Shown: positions 21,750 through 35,126, numbered from the stretch's first letter. The stretch: DNA of 64,000 nt from Selaginella moellendorffii (GCF_000143415.4 NW_003314339.1:303751-367750); one strand, 5' to 3'. The notes: generated from the letters alone by a model not told the origin. Numbers and translations: made by a program.

Positions 21750-24700
21750 CAAAAATAATACCACTTCATCAATATGCTCTTCATCCTTATCCTAGCAAAG
21801 GATGTTCAGAGTTAGTAACTAAAAGATATTATGAATAAATAAAAGACTTACACTATTGAAGATGATAACAAGCCAATGGAAAATCTACTCCTTCGCTCTT
21901 GTAACATTTAGATTTTGAGGAAACAAAACCAAATTCAGAATAGTGGATACTTATTTCTTTAGTGCCAAACACAAGTTTGGAATGCCATCTTGAATAGAAT
22001 CTATGTTGCAAGCAAAAAGAATATTTATGTCAATAAAAAAATCTGGATCTATGAGCATATTATCTCACTTGCAGGACTTTGTATAGTCACATGGATGTCT
22101 CGCCATAAGCTTTCTCTATTGTTGCAGTTCCAATGACAACGTGTCGCTGCAACCATTGGTATAACAATCTCATCCTTGTTATTTGAAGATCTTGCATACA
22201 AACCATATTGAAAATTATAAAGTTATGTGTATAAAAATTGATGTGGTTACAAGTCAACTTCTGGTTAAGCGTCTTCACGTTCAAGTTATGCCTTGCATTG
22301 CCCTTGCCCAACCTTCACACTCATAATCACAAAACTCACCACAATATTGTTCACTTGAATGACAACTTAGGGGTGGGAAAGTCTACTTTCCTCAAATACA
22401 TCATAAGGATAGAAGTTGATGAGCCAAGCTCAGTTTTAGAGACTATCTCCTATCTTTAGCTCACAACCATAGAAGATATGGTTTGACAATTTGCACTTAT
22501 AAACTTGCTCAATAAGTTTAGTTCTTCACTACACTTGCCTCTCAGAGTTGAGGTAAGCTACTTAGTAGTTGGAGAATGACTCCATCAACTCTATGTGTAG
22601 CTTTTTCCTAGATAAAGTTGATGGGAGATCAACATAACACTTCAAGTACTTCTTGCCCTTAGAACATGGTGTTGCATTTCTTAGCCACCCCTCTTATTAT
22701 CCTTGACTTGGTATAGCTCCTTGGCAAGGATATTCCACTATTGAGATGGATACCTACCATCATCTTCATAGAGTGCTTTAGTCATCCAACACTTGCAACC
22801 ATTTTTGACTATTTGCTCACTTGTGTCTAGGAGATTCTTGAGCATCCTCAAGTGCATCCCTTATTTGTGCTCCATAGTTCATCCAAGTGGCATTATAGAT
22901 CTCTAACTTGCCATTGCATGACACTTAACGATATAAATAGTCACAATATAATCACACAATCCCTTCCTTGAGACACAAGGGTCATTGCCATCTATGGGAT
23001 AATAAAAGCTCAAGTGCATGTGCCTCTTCACACTTACAAATCTCTAGGCTTTCTCTTACCTTATTTGTATTGGCCAATTCAATTAAAATTATGGGTACAT
23101 TGTACAAAACCTAGCTCACACACAGGAAGTTTAAACGAAAACCACCATATCAACTCTAATAGTATTAGCAAGCTAACCATCACTTCACCTCATAAGAGGT
23201 AATTCCACATGATACTTGCTTAGTATTCTATATAGAATAAATTATCAACACCTGAAGCTCACTCTTTAACTTCTTCTCTAAGATCAAGTTCGTTTGTTAC
23301 TATATCCAAAGTGGTAGTCTCTCCAAATAGACATTATTGGTTCATTGAAGCCTTCTTCTTCTTCAATTTCTTTGGGGGTATGAAGTTATTTCCACAGATG
23401 AAGCCATGGCTTGTGTCTTGAAAACTTAAAAAAAAAACCACTATAAGAACACATAGTTTTAAATATAGCTTTACCTATTTTGATTATTTTGCAAGCATGG
23501 TTCTATTTTCAAGGCAAATCAGAATGTAACTTTGGTAGAAAATACTTAAAAATCATAATTATATGGTTTTTCAAGTGAGATATGTTTTGCTTAAATCAGA
23601 AAGCTATTCTTAGTAGAGGTTATAGATCTTCAATACCAAATACTAGCATAGATCACTTTCATTTTGAATTTCAATGTACATCCATCGAGACTTTAATTGT
23701 CCTATTATCTAGTAAGTGCATCCCTTCCAGAGGTCGGGACTCTTTGCACGTATTAGCTGAGAAAGTATAGTTATAAATGAAAACTATAAATAGCCAATGA
23801 GATATTATCTATTCTTTTTTTAGCAACTAATTAACTATTTCTTAGTTATCATATAGAACTTTAGTGGTGGATCAGTACAATAGTTATATGTTTTAGCTCT
23901 AAGGAATGTGCAGTTTTATTACACTTGCATCCTACTAGTGGATGCTATAATTGAAATGCCACACTATTAGAACACTTCTATCTTGTTTTGGGATGTAGTT
24001 TTCATGCATTTCTAAGAGGTGTTTTCAACAACAATTGTCTAATTTATCACTAATGTGACTATGGGCATTGAAAGTTGTTTGTCAAAAAGTCTTTTAAGAT
24101 ATTCTTTTTTTACTTAGGATGGCAAGAGATTGGCATTGTTAATTCTCTTTATCAGTCTCCACTCAAGCTAATTGAGAAAACCATTTTTATATGTGCACTT
24201 TGCCATATGACCAGTTGTGACCATGGTTGAGATGTTATTTAACTCTCTATTAAACATGTCTATCTTTTTCTTACATCTAGCTTGAGTTTAAACCCAAACT
24301 CAATATGCTAATTGATGGAGTATTTATATCTTCATATTAAGCCATCAATATATTGAAATAGTGCCAAACTCTATTTGGTTATATATAACATGCTACTCTT
24401 GGCATTAGAATGCTAAGTCTTCTAAGACTATTTCAATATTGCTCCATGCTCCTCTTCACTCTTTGGCTATATGTTTGAGAGTTGTTCCTCCTTCACTTTT
24501 AATTATATGCTTAAGAGTGTTTTGCATTCTGATTTCCTTATTCATTCTTGGGAGTTCAACTTTGTCTCTTCGTTTAATGGTCCAAAGCTTTAAACTTAGG
24601 TTTTACTCTGTTGCACGTGTTTAAAGGTTAAGTTCCACTTTGTGGTTATTTTATAATAATTCCTTATAAAGTAAAGAGTATATTACACAATTGAAATTGC

Positions 24701-24950
24701 AATGGTGAAACTTTAAAAATTTAGAGAAGAATTAAATGTATGGTGGAAGTGTCTCTATAGTAGAATGTTTACAAGATGGATGGAGCCTATAGCCAATACA
24801 TACAAAATTGGAAGAGGATGTATAGCAGTAGAGCTCAACAATATACATTAATTTATTCCTATGGAAGCTTGGGAAAATATATTATATATTATATATTTAT
24901 ATTTTCACGAGAAAATATACGTGTAGTTGAAAATAGGAAGTCCAAATTGT
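21750..24950. other. AT-rich non-coding stretch, probably old transposon debris
   Basis: Very low GC and no credible ORF. No family could be assigned. Confidence 0.3.
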
Positions 24951-25359
24951 GCTTACATATCTTTTATTGGAAATATCACTCGTGCTCAAATCCTACATAA
25001 ATAAATTACGGCCCAAAGAACGTATCCCATGGGCATCACATCCCTTCCATGCCTGCCTGGGTGTCTCATGGGTGGGACTCCATAGATCCCTGAGCCCTTC
25101 ACGAGGGGAAGGAGACAAAAGAACTTATTCTAGATTTTGAAGGCCACCTTTTCAGTCTTGCCCATGGAGGAATTGGCACCCAAGGTTGGGGGGAGAGCTG
25201 TGGCAAGCTGGTGGCAGTGAATCTGCTGGGGATGATGCAGGTGACGTGGTTGTCGTTGAGATCTAGGTTGGAAGCTGACACTGGCTCAGTCTCTGGATCC
25301 AGCCGGTGAACCTATTGGGGGTTCCGTTCTTGATTAGATTCCATGGTAATTTTTAAGGG

Positions 25360-25370
25360 CCCCTATAAAC
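25360..25370 (+). promoter_or_regulatory. Candidate TATA box of the SLAC/SLAH gene
   Basis: ccctataaac about 270 bp upstream of the ATG, conserved in the duplicate at about 15390. Confidence 0.4.
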
Positions 25371-25632
25371 TGTTTGAGGACTGGATTTTTCTTTCACGAT
25401 TCCGTAGCCAAGCACGGCGCTCATTGTTGTAGATTTTCTTTGTTGACTCTTGTAGGTTGTCAGCAGCCGTGTTGGAACTAAACCCTTGAAAAAAGTGGCA
25501 CGGAAAGGCACTGGCAGCACGCACATAATTGCTGCAAGAAAATCGTATTCTTTTTCTGCCCCTGGTCCTCACCTTCTTTTTCCTTTGGTCACGGATTTCT
25601 TCTTGCCTTGCTGCTCCGTGCAGAGCTTTTTA

Positions 25633-27202
25633 ATGATGAGCGACGGCATGAAACCTGATACTGGCGCTGAGAGGATCAATGCCAGTGGCGATCGCTTATT
25701 GATTCCGATGCAGCAACAGTTGCGCATCACAATCGACGACGGCTACGCTGCGTTTTCCACCTGCGCTCGCAAGCTGACGAGAGACAGCAAAGATCCAAAT
25801 CTTATGAAGAACAGCAGCAATAGCATGGATGAAGAATCAGCCCTCGGAACCACTTCGAATGCTCCTGTTCCAACTGGACGTTATTTCGATGCTCTCCAGG
25901 GACCTGAACTGGAAGTTGTCGAGGTATATCATATAGTCTAAAGTTGTTTGATCACAGTCTTGTTCCTTTTGTGATTTGCAAACCCATGCCAGGAGAGTGA
26001 ACAAGACCTGCTGCTACTTCCAATGGACAAGGTGTGGCCTTTCTTGCTCAGATTCCCAGTGAACAGCTTTGGCATTGTTTTGGGACTTGGCAGCCAGGGA
26101 ATCTTGTGGAAGTCCCTCTCGTCCACGCCCGCCATGGAGGAGTTTGTACACATCCCGAAACAGGTCAATCTCGTCCTCTGGTGTGCAACGCTGCTTGCCT
26201 TTGTTGCCATATCTTTGACGTACCTCCTGAAATGCTTCCTCTACTTTGAGGCAGTGCGGCGGGAGTTTTTCCACCCCGTGAGGATCAACTACTTCTTCGC
26301 GCCGTGCATCGGCGGCATGTTTCTGGCCATCGGCCTCCCCGACGCCGTCGGGCTCTCGCTTCACCCTTCGGTATGGTGTTTGTTGATGGCGCCATTGTTT
26401 CTTCTGGAGCTCAAGATCTATGGGCAGTGGCTGTCGGGGGGTGACAGGCGCTTGTCCAAGGTGGCCAACCCGAGCACCCATCTTTCCATCGTTGGGAACT
26501 TCGTCGGGGCTGTTCTTGGTGCCAGAGTCGGGTGGAAAGAGCCCGCTATGTTCTTCTGGGCTGTTGGTCTCGCGCACTATATGGTGCTCTTTGTCACTCT
26601 CTACCAGAGGCTTCCTACGAACAAGAGGCTCCCGAAAGACCTCCATCCAGTGTTCTTCCTCTTTGTGGCCGCGCCCAGCACCGCCAGCGTCGCGTGGGAG
26701 GATATCACCGGCAGCTTTGGCTACGTTTCCAGGATTGTTTACTTCGTCTCGCTCTTCCTTCTCCTGTCCCTGGTAACAGACTGCTTTCTCGATTCTCATG
26801 GATGATCTTGCCTCTAAACTGTCGTTTCTTCAATGTGTTCTTCAACCACCAGGTTGTCCGGGTGAATCTTTTTCGTGGTTTCAGGTGAGTCACGTTGTTT
26901 GGTTTCGAGCTCTAGCTCATCCGATGTCTGCAAGGTTCTCGATTTCTTGGTGGGCTTATACTTTCCCCCTTGGAGCGGCTGCCATTGCCGCCATCCACTA
27001 CTATTCAGCGGTGACGTGCACCTTGACTCGCTTCCTGGTTGTTGCTTTGTCGCTGGCTTCTGTGCTCGTTGTCGTGTCCATCTTCGTTACAACCCTTGCG
27101 TGCGCTTGTCTGTATGGAACGCTCTTCCCCAACGATCAAGCCATAGCCATCACTAGCGAGCAACACCGCAAGCAGCAACAGCTTTGCAAGCAGCAGGCTT
27201 AA
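25633..27202 (+). CDS. S-type anion channel of the SLAC1/SLAH family (4 exons)
   Basis: Exons 25633-25923, 25993-26772, 26853-26884 and 26935-27202. Motifs RYFDALQGPELE, WPFLLRFP, ELKIYGQWLSGG, LPKDLHPVFFLFVAAPS and WWAYTFP (gate Phe). Confidence 0.93.
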
Positions 27203-27647
27203 TCCTCCAGAACAAATGCTCCTATGGGTCGTGAAGATACCTTGATTTTGAGAGCGCCAACGTCACTAGCTACGTGTATGAACGAGATTCCTGGTATGTG
27301 CTTCTTTTTCTTTCGGAAAATGTGCGCAGAGTCAAAGGTGTATCACGGAAGATCACTCTTTGAAAGTCAAAAGTCCAACAAAGCTCGTGACAAACAACAT
27401 TCATGAAACCCAAGATTCTTTTCTAAAATCTCACCACAAGTTCTCCACGATGTATAAAACAAAGCTTTGAAAATGATATCAAAACCACGCTGCCCGTCAG
27501 TGTCCATCCATCCAGTGATTGCATGGAGTTCGCAAAGAGATCTCTGCGTTTGAAGTCAACACGCTTGCGTGTGAGTAGACGATGGCTGTCAGGGAATTGA
27601 TCCATTACTTAAGGGGAGAGGAGTTTAGTTTGGGTGAGACGAATGCG

Positions 27648-30433
27648 ATGAGCGCCACGATCTTTCTTCGGGTGTTTTTGGCTCTCGGATCCATTGCTTC
27701 GGTATGTTGCATCCGCTCTAGCGATCTCCAGATCCTGCATAGTTTTAGTCAGCAGCTGGTAGACTCAAATGCGTCGCTTACAAGCTGGAAGTTAGAATCG
27801 CCATGCTCGTCCTGGGAAGGCGTGTTGTGTCGCGACGATGGCGTCACAGTGACAGCGGTCTTGCTATACAACAAGTTCTTGACGGGTCAGATATCTCCTT
27901 CGCTGGGCCACCTGAAATTCCTGCAACGCTTGGATCTCTCCCAGAATGGCTTGAGTGGAGACATACCTGTGGAGCTCTTGAAACTCACCGAGCTGACGAT
28001 GCTAAGCCTTTCCAGCAATCAGCTGTCTGGTCAAATTCCCAGGCACATGGAAATGCTCGAGAACCTGGAATATCTATACTTGTCAAGGAACAACTTGAGC
28101 GGGAGCATACCTCGTAGCTTGGGAAGCTGTCGAAGGTTGAAAGAGCTGGATGTTTCTGGAAATTACCTCGAAGGAAATGTGCCAGTTGAGCTTGGACAGC
28201 TTAGACGACTGGAAAAACTTGGCGTAGCCATGAATAATCTCAGTGGAGGCATCCCGGATTTTACAAACTGCACGAATCTCACGGACCTGGCGCTGTCGTT
28301 TAACAACTTAACAGGCAATGTACATCCAAGCGTGGCAACGCTGCCCCGGCTCCAGAACCTATGGTTGAATGACAATCAGCTCAGTGGAGACCTTCCAGTA
28401 GAACTTGGAAGACACAGCAACTTACTAATTTTATACCTGTCCAGCAACCGGTTCACAGGCACTATTCCCGAGAATCTGTGCGTCAATGGCTTTCTGGAGA
28501 GAGTATACTTGCACGACAATAATCTCCAAGGCGAAATCCCACGAAAGCTGGTCACATGTCCCAGGCTCGAACGGTTGTTGCTGCAAAACAACATGCTCAC
28601 GGGTCAAATCCCGGAAGAAGTCGGCCAGAATCAAGTGTTGAATTACCTGGATCTCTCCAACAACCGGCTCAATGGTTCTCTTCCAGCTTCGCTGAATGAC
28701 TGCAAAAATCTGACGACGCTTTTCCTCGCATGCAATCGCATTTCTGGAGACCTTATCAGCGGGTTTGAGCAGCTCCGCCAGCTTAACTTGTCGCACAACA
28801 GGCTCACTGGACTCATTCCTCGACACTTTGGTGGATCGGATGTCTTCACGCTGGATCTTAGTCACAACTCCCTTCACGGAGACATTCCTCCAGACATGCA
28901 AATACTGCAAAGACTGGAGAAACTCTTCCTCGATGGAAACCAGCTGGAAGGAACCATCCCGCGATTTATAGGAACTTTCAGCAAGCTTCTCGCTCTGGTC
29001 CTGAACAACAACAAGTTCACAGGCAGTATTCCCGGTGATCTTGGAGGCTTACATTCACTCAGACGGATCGACCTGAGTAGCAACAGACTGTCGGGTACAA
29101 TACCGGCTCGGCTCGAGAACTTGAGAATGCTGGAAGACTTGGATCTGTCTGCAAACAATCTGGAAGGCAACATTCCCTCCCAGCTTGAACGGCTAACAAG
29201 TTTGGAGCACCTCAACGTGTCATATAATAACCACTTACTAGCACCAATCCCGTCGGCCTCGAGCAAATTCAACAGTTCTTCCTTCCTGGGCCTCATAAAT
29301 CGTAACACCACCGAGCTCGCCTGCGCAATAAACTGTAAACATAAGAACCAGCTTTCTACAACCGGTAAAACAGCCATAGCATGCGGGGTAGTATTTATAT
29401 GCGTTGCTCTAGCAAGCATCGTTGCATGCTGGATCTGGAGACGTAGAAAAAAAAGGCGAGGAACCGACGACAGAGGCAGGACTCTCTTGCTGGAAAAGAT
29501 CATGCAAGTGACAAACGGATTGAATCAAGAGTTCATCATAGGACAGGGTGGCTACGGAACTGTTTACCGAGCAGAAATGGAGTCGGGAAAAGTTCTTGCT
29601 ATCAAGAAGCTCACTATCGCAGCCGAGGACAGCTTGATGCATGAGTGGGAAACCGCTGGTAAAGTCAGGCACCGAAACATCCTCAAAGTTTTAGGCCACT
29701 ACAGACACGGAGGATCAGCACTTCTCGTTTCCAACTTCATGACAAACGGAAGCCTGGGGAGCCTGCTACACGGCCGCTGCTCAAACGAGAAGATCCCGTG
29801 GCAACTTCGTTACGAGATTGCACTCGGCATTGCTCACGGCCTCTCATACTTGCACCACGACTGCGTGCCAAAGATAATTCACAGGGACATAAAAGCCAAC
29901 AACATTCTCTTGGACAAAGACATGGTTCCAAAGATTGCGGACTTTGGCTTGGCCAAGCTCATCGAGAAAGAAGCGGAGACAAAGTCCATGTCCTACATCG
30001 CAGGCTCGTATGGATACATTGCTCCAGGTAGAAAACAAAGAGAAACGAAGAAAGAAGCTCTCAACTCACATTTCTCTCTCTCTCTCTGTCTGCAGAGTAT
30101 GCTTTCACGCTCAAAGTGAACGAGAAAAGCGACATATACAGCTTTGGAGTGATACTTCTCGAGCTGCTGCTACGAAAGACACCGCTCGATCCACTCTTCT
30201 CAGAGACCGATGGAAACATGACGGTGTGGGTAAGAAACGAGACGAGAGGATCATCCACAGGCTTGGAAAGCGTGGCAGATCCAGAGATGTGGAGGGAAGC
30301 CTCCCGGATCGAGAAAAAGGAGATGGAGAGGGTTTTCCGGATTGCGCTGCTGTGCACAGAGGGCAATCCAGCGGACAGACCCACAATGCAGCAAATTGTG
30401 GAAATGCTGAGGACGACGCCAATCCATACCTGA
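27648..30433 (+). CDS. Leucine-rich repeat receptor-like kinase (LRR-XI-like, RD kinase)
   Basis: Signal peptide, CSSWEGVLC cap, many LxxLxLSxNxLxGxIP repeats, TM helix with RRRKKRR, and kinase motifs GQGGYG, HRDIKANN and DFG. Single intron 30028-30095 in GYIAP|EY. Confidence 0.93.
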
Positions 30434-30515
30434 GAAGCGCTCCTCCTCCGAGCTTAGAACCCTAACAAAAAGAACCCTATGGAATTGGCGGGAAATTCAA
30501 AAACCTTGTAGTTGA

Positions 30516-32096
30516 ATGGAGGACGACTGGGTTACTCTTGTGAGAGCTTGCAAGACTCTCGCTAGGGCGAAAGCTCTCCACGCGAGGATCGCCGGCGCCA
30601 CGCACTCCCCGCTTGATTCGTCGGTTTTCCTCTCGAATCTCGTCGTCCAGATGTATGGGCGATGCGGGAGCGCGGCAGCTGCCCGCCAGGTTTTCGATCG
30701 GATCGCTTCCAAGAACAGCTTCTCGTGGATGCTGCTGCTGTCCGCGTATGCCCAGAATGGGGATGTGGAAGAGGCCAGGCGCGTGTTCGATGCGATGCCG
30801 GAGAGAGATCTCGTCTCCTGGACCGCGATGCTGTCGGCCTACACCCACAGCTGGAATCTGGGCGGGGCGATCGACGTCTTCCAGAGAATGCCGCGGTGGG
30901 ATCTCGTCGCATGGAATGCGATGCTCTCGGCTCTTGCCAGGGGCGGAGATCTTCGCCAGGCGCAGGCGCTGTTCGATCAGATGGCCGAGAAGAACATGGT
31001 GTCGTGGAATTCGCTGCTGGATGCCTACACCCAGCACGATCAACTAGAGGAGGCCGAGAGGATCTTCAATTCCATGCCGGAGCTGGATCTCATCTCGCTC
31101 ACCAGCATGCTCTCGGCATACACGCAAAGAGGGCGAATCGAGGACGCCAAGAACACCTTCGATCGCATGCCGGAGAGAGATCTCGTGTCGTGGACCGCGA
31201 TGATCAGCGCGTTTTCTCATACCGGATCTCTGCGCGAGGCCAGCGCCACCTTTCAGTCCATGCCCGAGTGGGATGTTGTGTCCTGGAACTCGATGCTCTC
31301 GGCATATGCCCAGGCGGGGCATCTGGAGGAATCAAAATCTCTGTTTGATTCCATGAAGGAGCGTAACTCTGTCTCTTGGAACGCAATTCTTTGCGCTTAC
31401 GCATCCATCTCAGAGAATCCGGTTGATGCCAGAAACACTCTTGAGAATATGCCAGAGCACAATCTCATCTCGTGGCATGCCATGCTTGCTGCATATGCTA
31501 GAAACGGGCATTTGGCTGAGGCTCGGGGGATTTTTGATTCGATGAGGGAGAGAAACACCGTCTCTTGGACAAGTATGTTGGCCTTTTACGCTCAAAAGGG
31601 GCATCTTACCGATGCCCGAGGAATGTTTTTGTTGATTCCAGAAAGATGGCTTGCTTCCTGGAATGCGATGCTTGCTGGGCATGCCCAAAGCGGGCATTTT
31701 GACGTAGCAATGGAGCTTTTCGGGGAGCTCCTCGTCGAGGGCATTGATCCCGACGAGACTTCACTCCTCTGTGTTCTATTGGGTCCAGCGCGAGTGGGCG
31801 ATCTTCGTGCTGGGTGGAGCTGCTTTGTGTCAATGACGAGAGATTTTGGGCTCTCTCCCTCGAAGCTCCACTACTGCTGCATGGTTGATCTCCTGGGCCG
31901 AGCTGGGCATTTGGAAAACGCGAGAGAGCTCATCAAAACAATGCCGTATGAGCCGGATTCTGTCGATTGGAAGTGCTTGCTTGGAAATTCGACAACGAGC
32001 GCTCACAAGGATAGCAGCGTTGCAATGGCTGCCTGTGAATCAAACAGGGAACTCTCTGCCCCTTATGTATTGCTCTCCAATTTATACAAATGCTAG
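30516..32096 (+). CDS. PPR protein rich in short (S/SS) repeats with truncated E extension (526 aa)
   Basis: Tandem 31-aa FDxMPERDLVSWTAMLSAY repeats, then HYCCMVDLLGRAG and terminal APYVLLSNLY. Confidence 0.93.
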   Translation: MEDDWVTLVRACKTLARAKALHARIAGATHSPLDSSVFLSNLVVQMYGRCGSAAAARQVFDRIASKNSFSWMLLLSAYAQNGDVEEARRVFDAMPERDLVSWTAMLSAYTHSWNLGGAIDVFQRMPRWDLVAWNAMLSALARGGDLRQAQALFDQMAEKNMVSWNSLLDAYTQHDQLEEAERIFNSMPELDLISLTSMLSAYTQRGRIEDAKNTFDRMPERDLVSWTAMISAFSHTGSLREASATFQSMPEWDVVSWNSMLSAYAQAGHLEESKSLFDSMKERNSVSWNAILCAYASISENPVDARNTLENMPEHNLISWHAMLAAYARNGHLAEARGIFDSMRERNTVSWTSMLAFYAQKGHLTDARGMFLLIPERWLASWNAMLAGHAQSGHFDVAMELFGELLVEGIDPDETSLLCVLLGPARVGDLRAGWSCFVSMTRDFGLSPSKLHYCCMVDLLGRAGHLENARELIKTMPYEPDSVDWKCLLGNSTTSAHKDSSVAMAACESNRELSAPYVLLSNLYKC

Positions 32097-32190
32097 GGTC
32101 TAGGGTCTAGGGTTTAAAAGGTTTTAAAATTTTAAACCATTAGAATCTTTGGAATGGGATCTATTTCTAGGGCAGCCGTGAGATCCATCC

Positions 32191-34282
32191 ATGGCGTTCG
32201 TGACGCGGAGCAATTGGGAGGAGGCGCTGGTCGAGGCGAGGGCTCACATCCGCCAGGCGGCATTTGTGGCTGTGGATCTGGAGCTGAGCGGCGTCCAGAC
32301 GACGCCATGGCGCGGCGCCACAGAGGTGGACAATCTCCACACTCGCTACCTCAATCTTCGCGACTCGGCCGAGAAGTTTGCGATGATCCAGTTTGGCCTC
32401 TGCCCGGTCGTGTGGGATGCTGCCAGTGTGAAATTCATCGCGTATCCGTGAGTTTTAGTGTGATCTTTGAGGTGAATTTCTACTTTTTCTTCCAATGCAG
32501 CTATAACTTTTGTTTGTTCCCGCGTCACGAGCTCCAAATCGAGATGCCCGCAAGAGATTTCTTGTGCCAGGCCACTTCACTCGAGTTTCTCGCGAAGCAC
32601 CAGTTTGATTTCAATGCCTGCATTTACGACGGTGAGCTTTTTCTTTTTCTCTTCTTCCATAGCTGATAACTCTGCGATCCAGGCATTTCTTATCTATCTC
32701 ACGAGCAGGAGAAACTCGCTAGACATAAACTGAAGTTGACGGATGCGGATGGAGCACCACGCGAGCTTGAGAGCTTCTCGGTACTGGAGATTCCACTCAA
32801 TAGAACAGCGGACGTTATCTTTAGCGAGAGCGTGCGAGTCCAAGCCGGGGAATGGCGTGACAAAGTGCTGCAAAGAGAAAAGGATGCTCAAGAACCCGAG
32901 GAGCGGCTGTGCCTCGTTGTGGAAGTTGCTGGTAACCATGAAGCCAACCTCGTTCACCAGGTAAGTTTCGTGCTTGTTTTCTCGTTTCCTACATTCAGCA
33001 TCCATTTCTTCGTCAGGTTTTGCGAAAGAGCTTCCAAGATCTCGTTCCTTTTACGGAGGATGGTGCGAAGAAAGTGAAAATTCTGTTTTCCCGATCTGTG
33101 AAAGAGAGGGCGCTCTTAGTGGTGAGTGAACTGCAGATTCTTTTTCTTTTTCACTCGGGTCGTGTTTTGAGCGTTCTCTTCCTTGCAGGGTCAATGGGAA
33201 AAGGATAGAAGGTCGAGATTGGAAAACCAGATCATGGATGCAGTAGGATTTCGTCAACTTATTGATACTCTAGTGGAGTCGAAGAAGCCAGTGGTCGGAC
33301 ACAATTGCTTTCTTGGTAACCAACCTTTCAATCATTTCTTGGCCAAAACTTACAACACTGTTCTCCAGATATTGCTCATATCTACAGCAAATTCTTCGCA
33401 ACTCTTCCTTTGAGCTGCTCCGAATTCTGCTCCTCCATCCACCAGCATTTCCCTTGCATCTTCGACACCAAGTACTTGCTGAAAGCGGACTCGGCGGCTC
33501 AAGAAATGCTTGGGAAAGGCGGCACAACCTTGGGCCCGGTGTTCTCGAACGTGGGAAAGCTGCCAAACAAAGTCCCGATCGAGTTTGGAAGCTCCAACCT
33601 TTGCAGGTACGATGGGACAGAGATGAAGCACGAGGCCGGCTATGATGCTTACATGACGGCGGCAGTCTTTGCCAACATCTGCCAGTTTGTGAAGATGGAT
33701 CCCGCGAACTTGCCTTCACTCTGCGAGCAAGCAAAAGAAGGCGAGGAAGAAAGATCAGGCCTTGGGAGCCACGCAAATCACTTGTACCTTGGTTGGCGAG
33801 GGCACTTTGTCCTCGATCTTTCGACTGGCCAGGAAGCAACTGGTCCCAGGTCACTCAAGTCTTCTCGATCCATCGAGCGTGAGAAGGCCAAGAGCGTGGC
33901 ACTGATGTGGGGCTCCGGTTCCACTCGAAGCTCGGAAGTTGACAGTCGAAGCTTGGAAGCTGACGTGAAAGCCTGCTTTACCGCTAAATCACCACCGCAT
34001 GTAGAAGTCGTGCGCATCGATGAGAGCTCCGCGTTTGTGGTTTTCCGGAGGAAGGAGTCCCTGGAATCCCTGGTGCAAGCCTTCGAATGCTCCGGTCACC
34101 ACGACAAGGTTGGCGTGTGCGATGTTAGCGGCCTGGTTGCACGCGGCTGGAAGATTGCCCGATATGAGTTCTTTGAGAAGCTTTGCGAGTCGCCACTGTC
34201 AACGGCAAAGCTCACGGACGCAGTCACTTTGATGCATCTTCAAGCTGAAAGTAGTAGCTCGAGGAAGAGACCGCGATTATGA
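32191..34282 (+). CDS. PARN: Poly(A)-specific ribonuclease PARN (CAF1/DEDDh family, AHG2-like), multi-exon
   Basis: FVAVDLELSG, RDSAEKFAMIQFGLCP, FLCQATSLEFLAKHQFDFNACI, GHNCFLD, IFDTKYL and KHEAGYDAYMT; catalytic residues intact. Confidence 0.9.
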
Positions 34283-34313
34283 AAGCCAGGATCGTTTTTT
34301 TTTTCCTCTCTTG

Positions 34314-35092
34314 CTACGCTCCGCTACCTCCAACCGGAACTACGAGACGATCGGCTAGCATGAATGACAAATCGCCCATTTGTGACAAGAGATCGTTCAC
34401 TGGATCCTCGGCTGCTGGCCCATTGCTAGCACTGGTTCCAGAAAGTTTTGCTTATCAGTAAGAGCACTAGAACAAAACACGATATCGATACCTTTTGGAG
34501 CTTGCAAACGAGCCCAAAGATTCGTGTTCTCCATCCAAAACTGGCTCGCGGAGAATCTCAGCACTTTGTCCAGGCGTAGAAAAAGAGGAAGGGTGTTCGA
34601 CCTGTCGCCAAAAGCCACGACCACCTCAGTTCGATCTTAGAAAGGATTCCAAATGCTCACACACGACGATTGAAAGATCTCTCGTTGTCGACGCGAGCAA
34701 AAAAAAGTGATCTCACACGAGCTACGTACGTGTAGCTTCTTCTCTTTTCCTTCCAACTAGTAGATGCAAGAATGCTGGCACTGGAATTAACATACCGAGG
34801 GATCCGAGCTCAAAGATTGCAAGAATCGCGCGAAAGCAACCGATTTCTCGAATTCGAATGGCTGCCGCTTGTGCTCCTGCTGCTGGCGGCCCGGGATCTG
34901 AGATCCACACACGAAGCAGATGCGCGCACGAGGAAAGATTCGCGCGGAGCACTTGGAGCAGCCGGCGCTCGATCCAGATCCCTGCGACACCAGATCCTGG
35001 AGCGTCTGGAGGCGATCTGGCGATGAATCTTGCCCCACTGCCACGCCCTGGATTGCCTGCTCGAGGCGCTGCTTGAGAGCCTCCTTGTCCAT
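34314..35092 (-). CDS. Conserved plant protein of unknown function with a CxxC-CxxC zinc ribbon and C-terminal MxDLSFML motif
   Basis: Exon 1 (35092-34796) has CSKCSARIFPRARICFVCG..ARFLQSL. The last exon has DLLSQMGDLSFMLADRLVVP. Middle exons not resolved. Confidence 0.65.
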
Positions 35093-35126
35093 TCCCTCTC
35101 CCCTGTGCCCTAAAGTCATAGCCTAG

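Noticed and set aside
22100-24400. Possible copia or hAT remnants in the AT-rich stretch
   Set aside because: Only vague peptide similarity, with no diagnostic motif or termini.
25099-25281. LRR-like peptide LDLNDNHVTCIIPS on the minus strand
   Set aside because: A single degenerate repeat is too little to call a gene or pseudogene.
27582-27647. Upstream in-frame ATG for the LRR-RLK given by the ORF track
   Set aside because: The signal peptide begins at MSATIFL (27648), which is the more plausible start.
32094-32116. (tagggtc)n as an interstitial telomere
   Set aside because: Only three imperfect units; better treated as a promoter telo-box-like motif.
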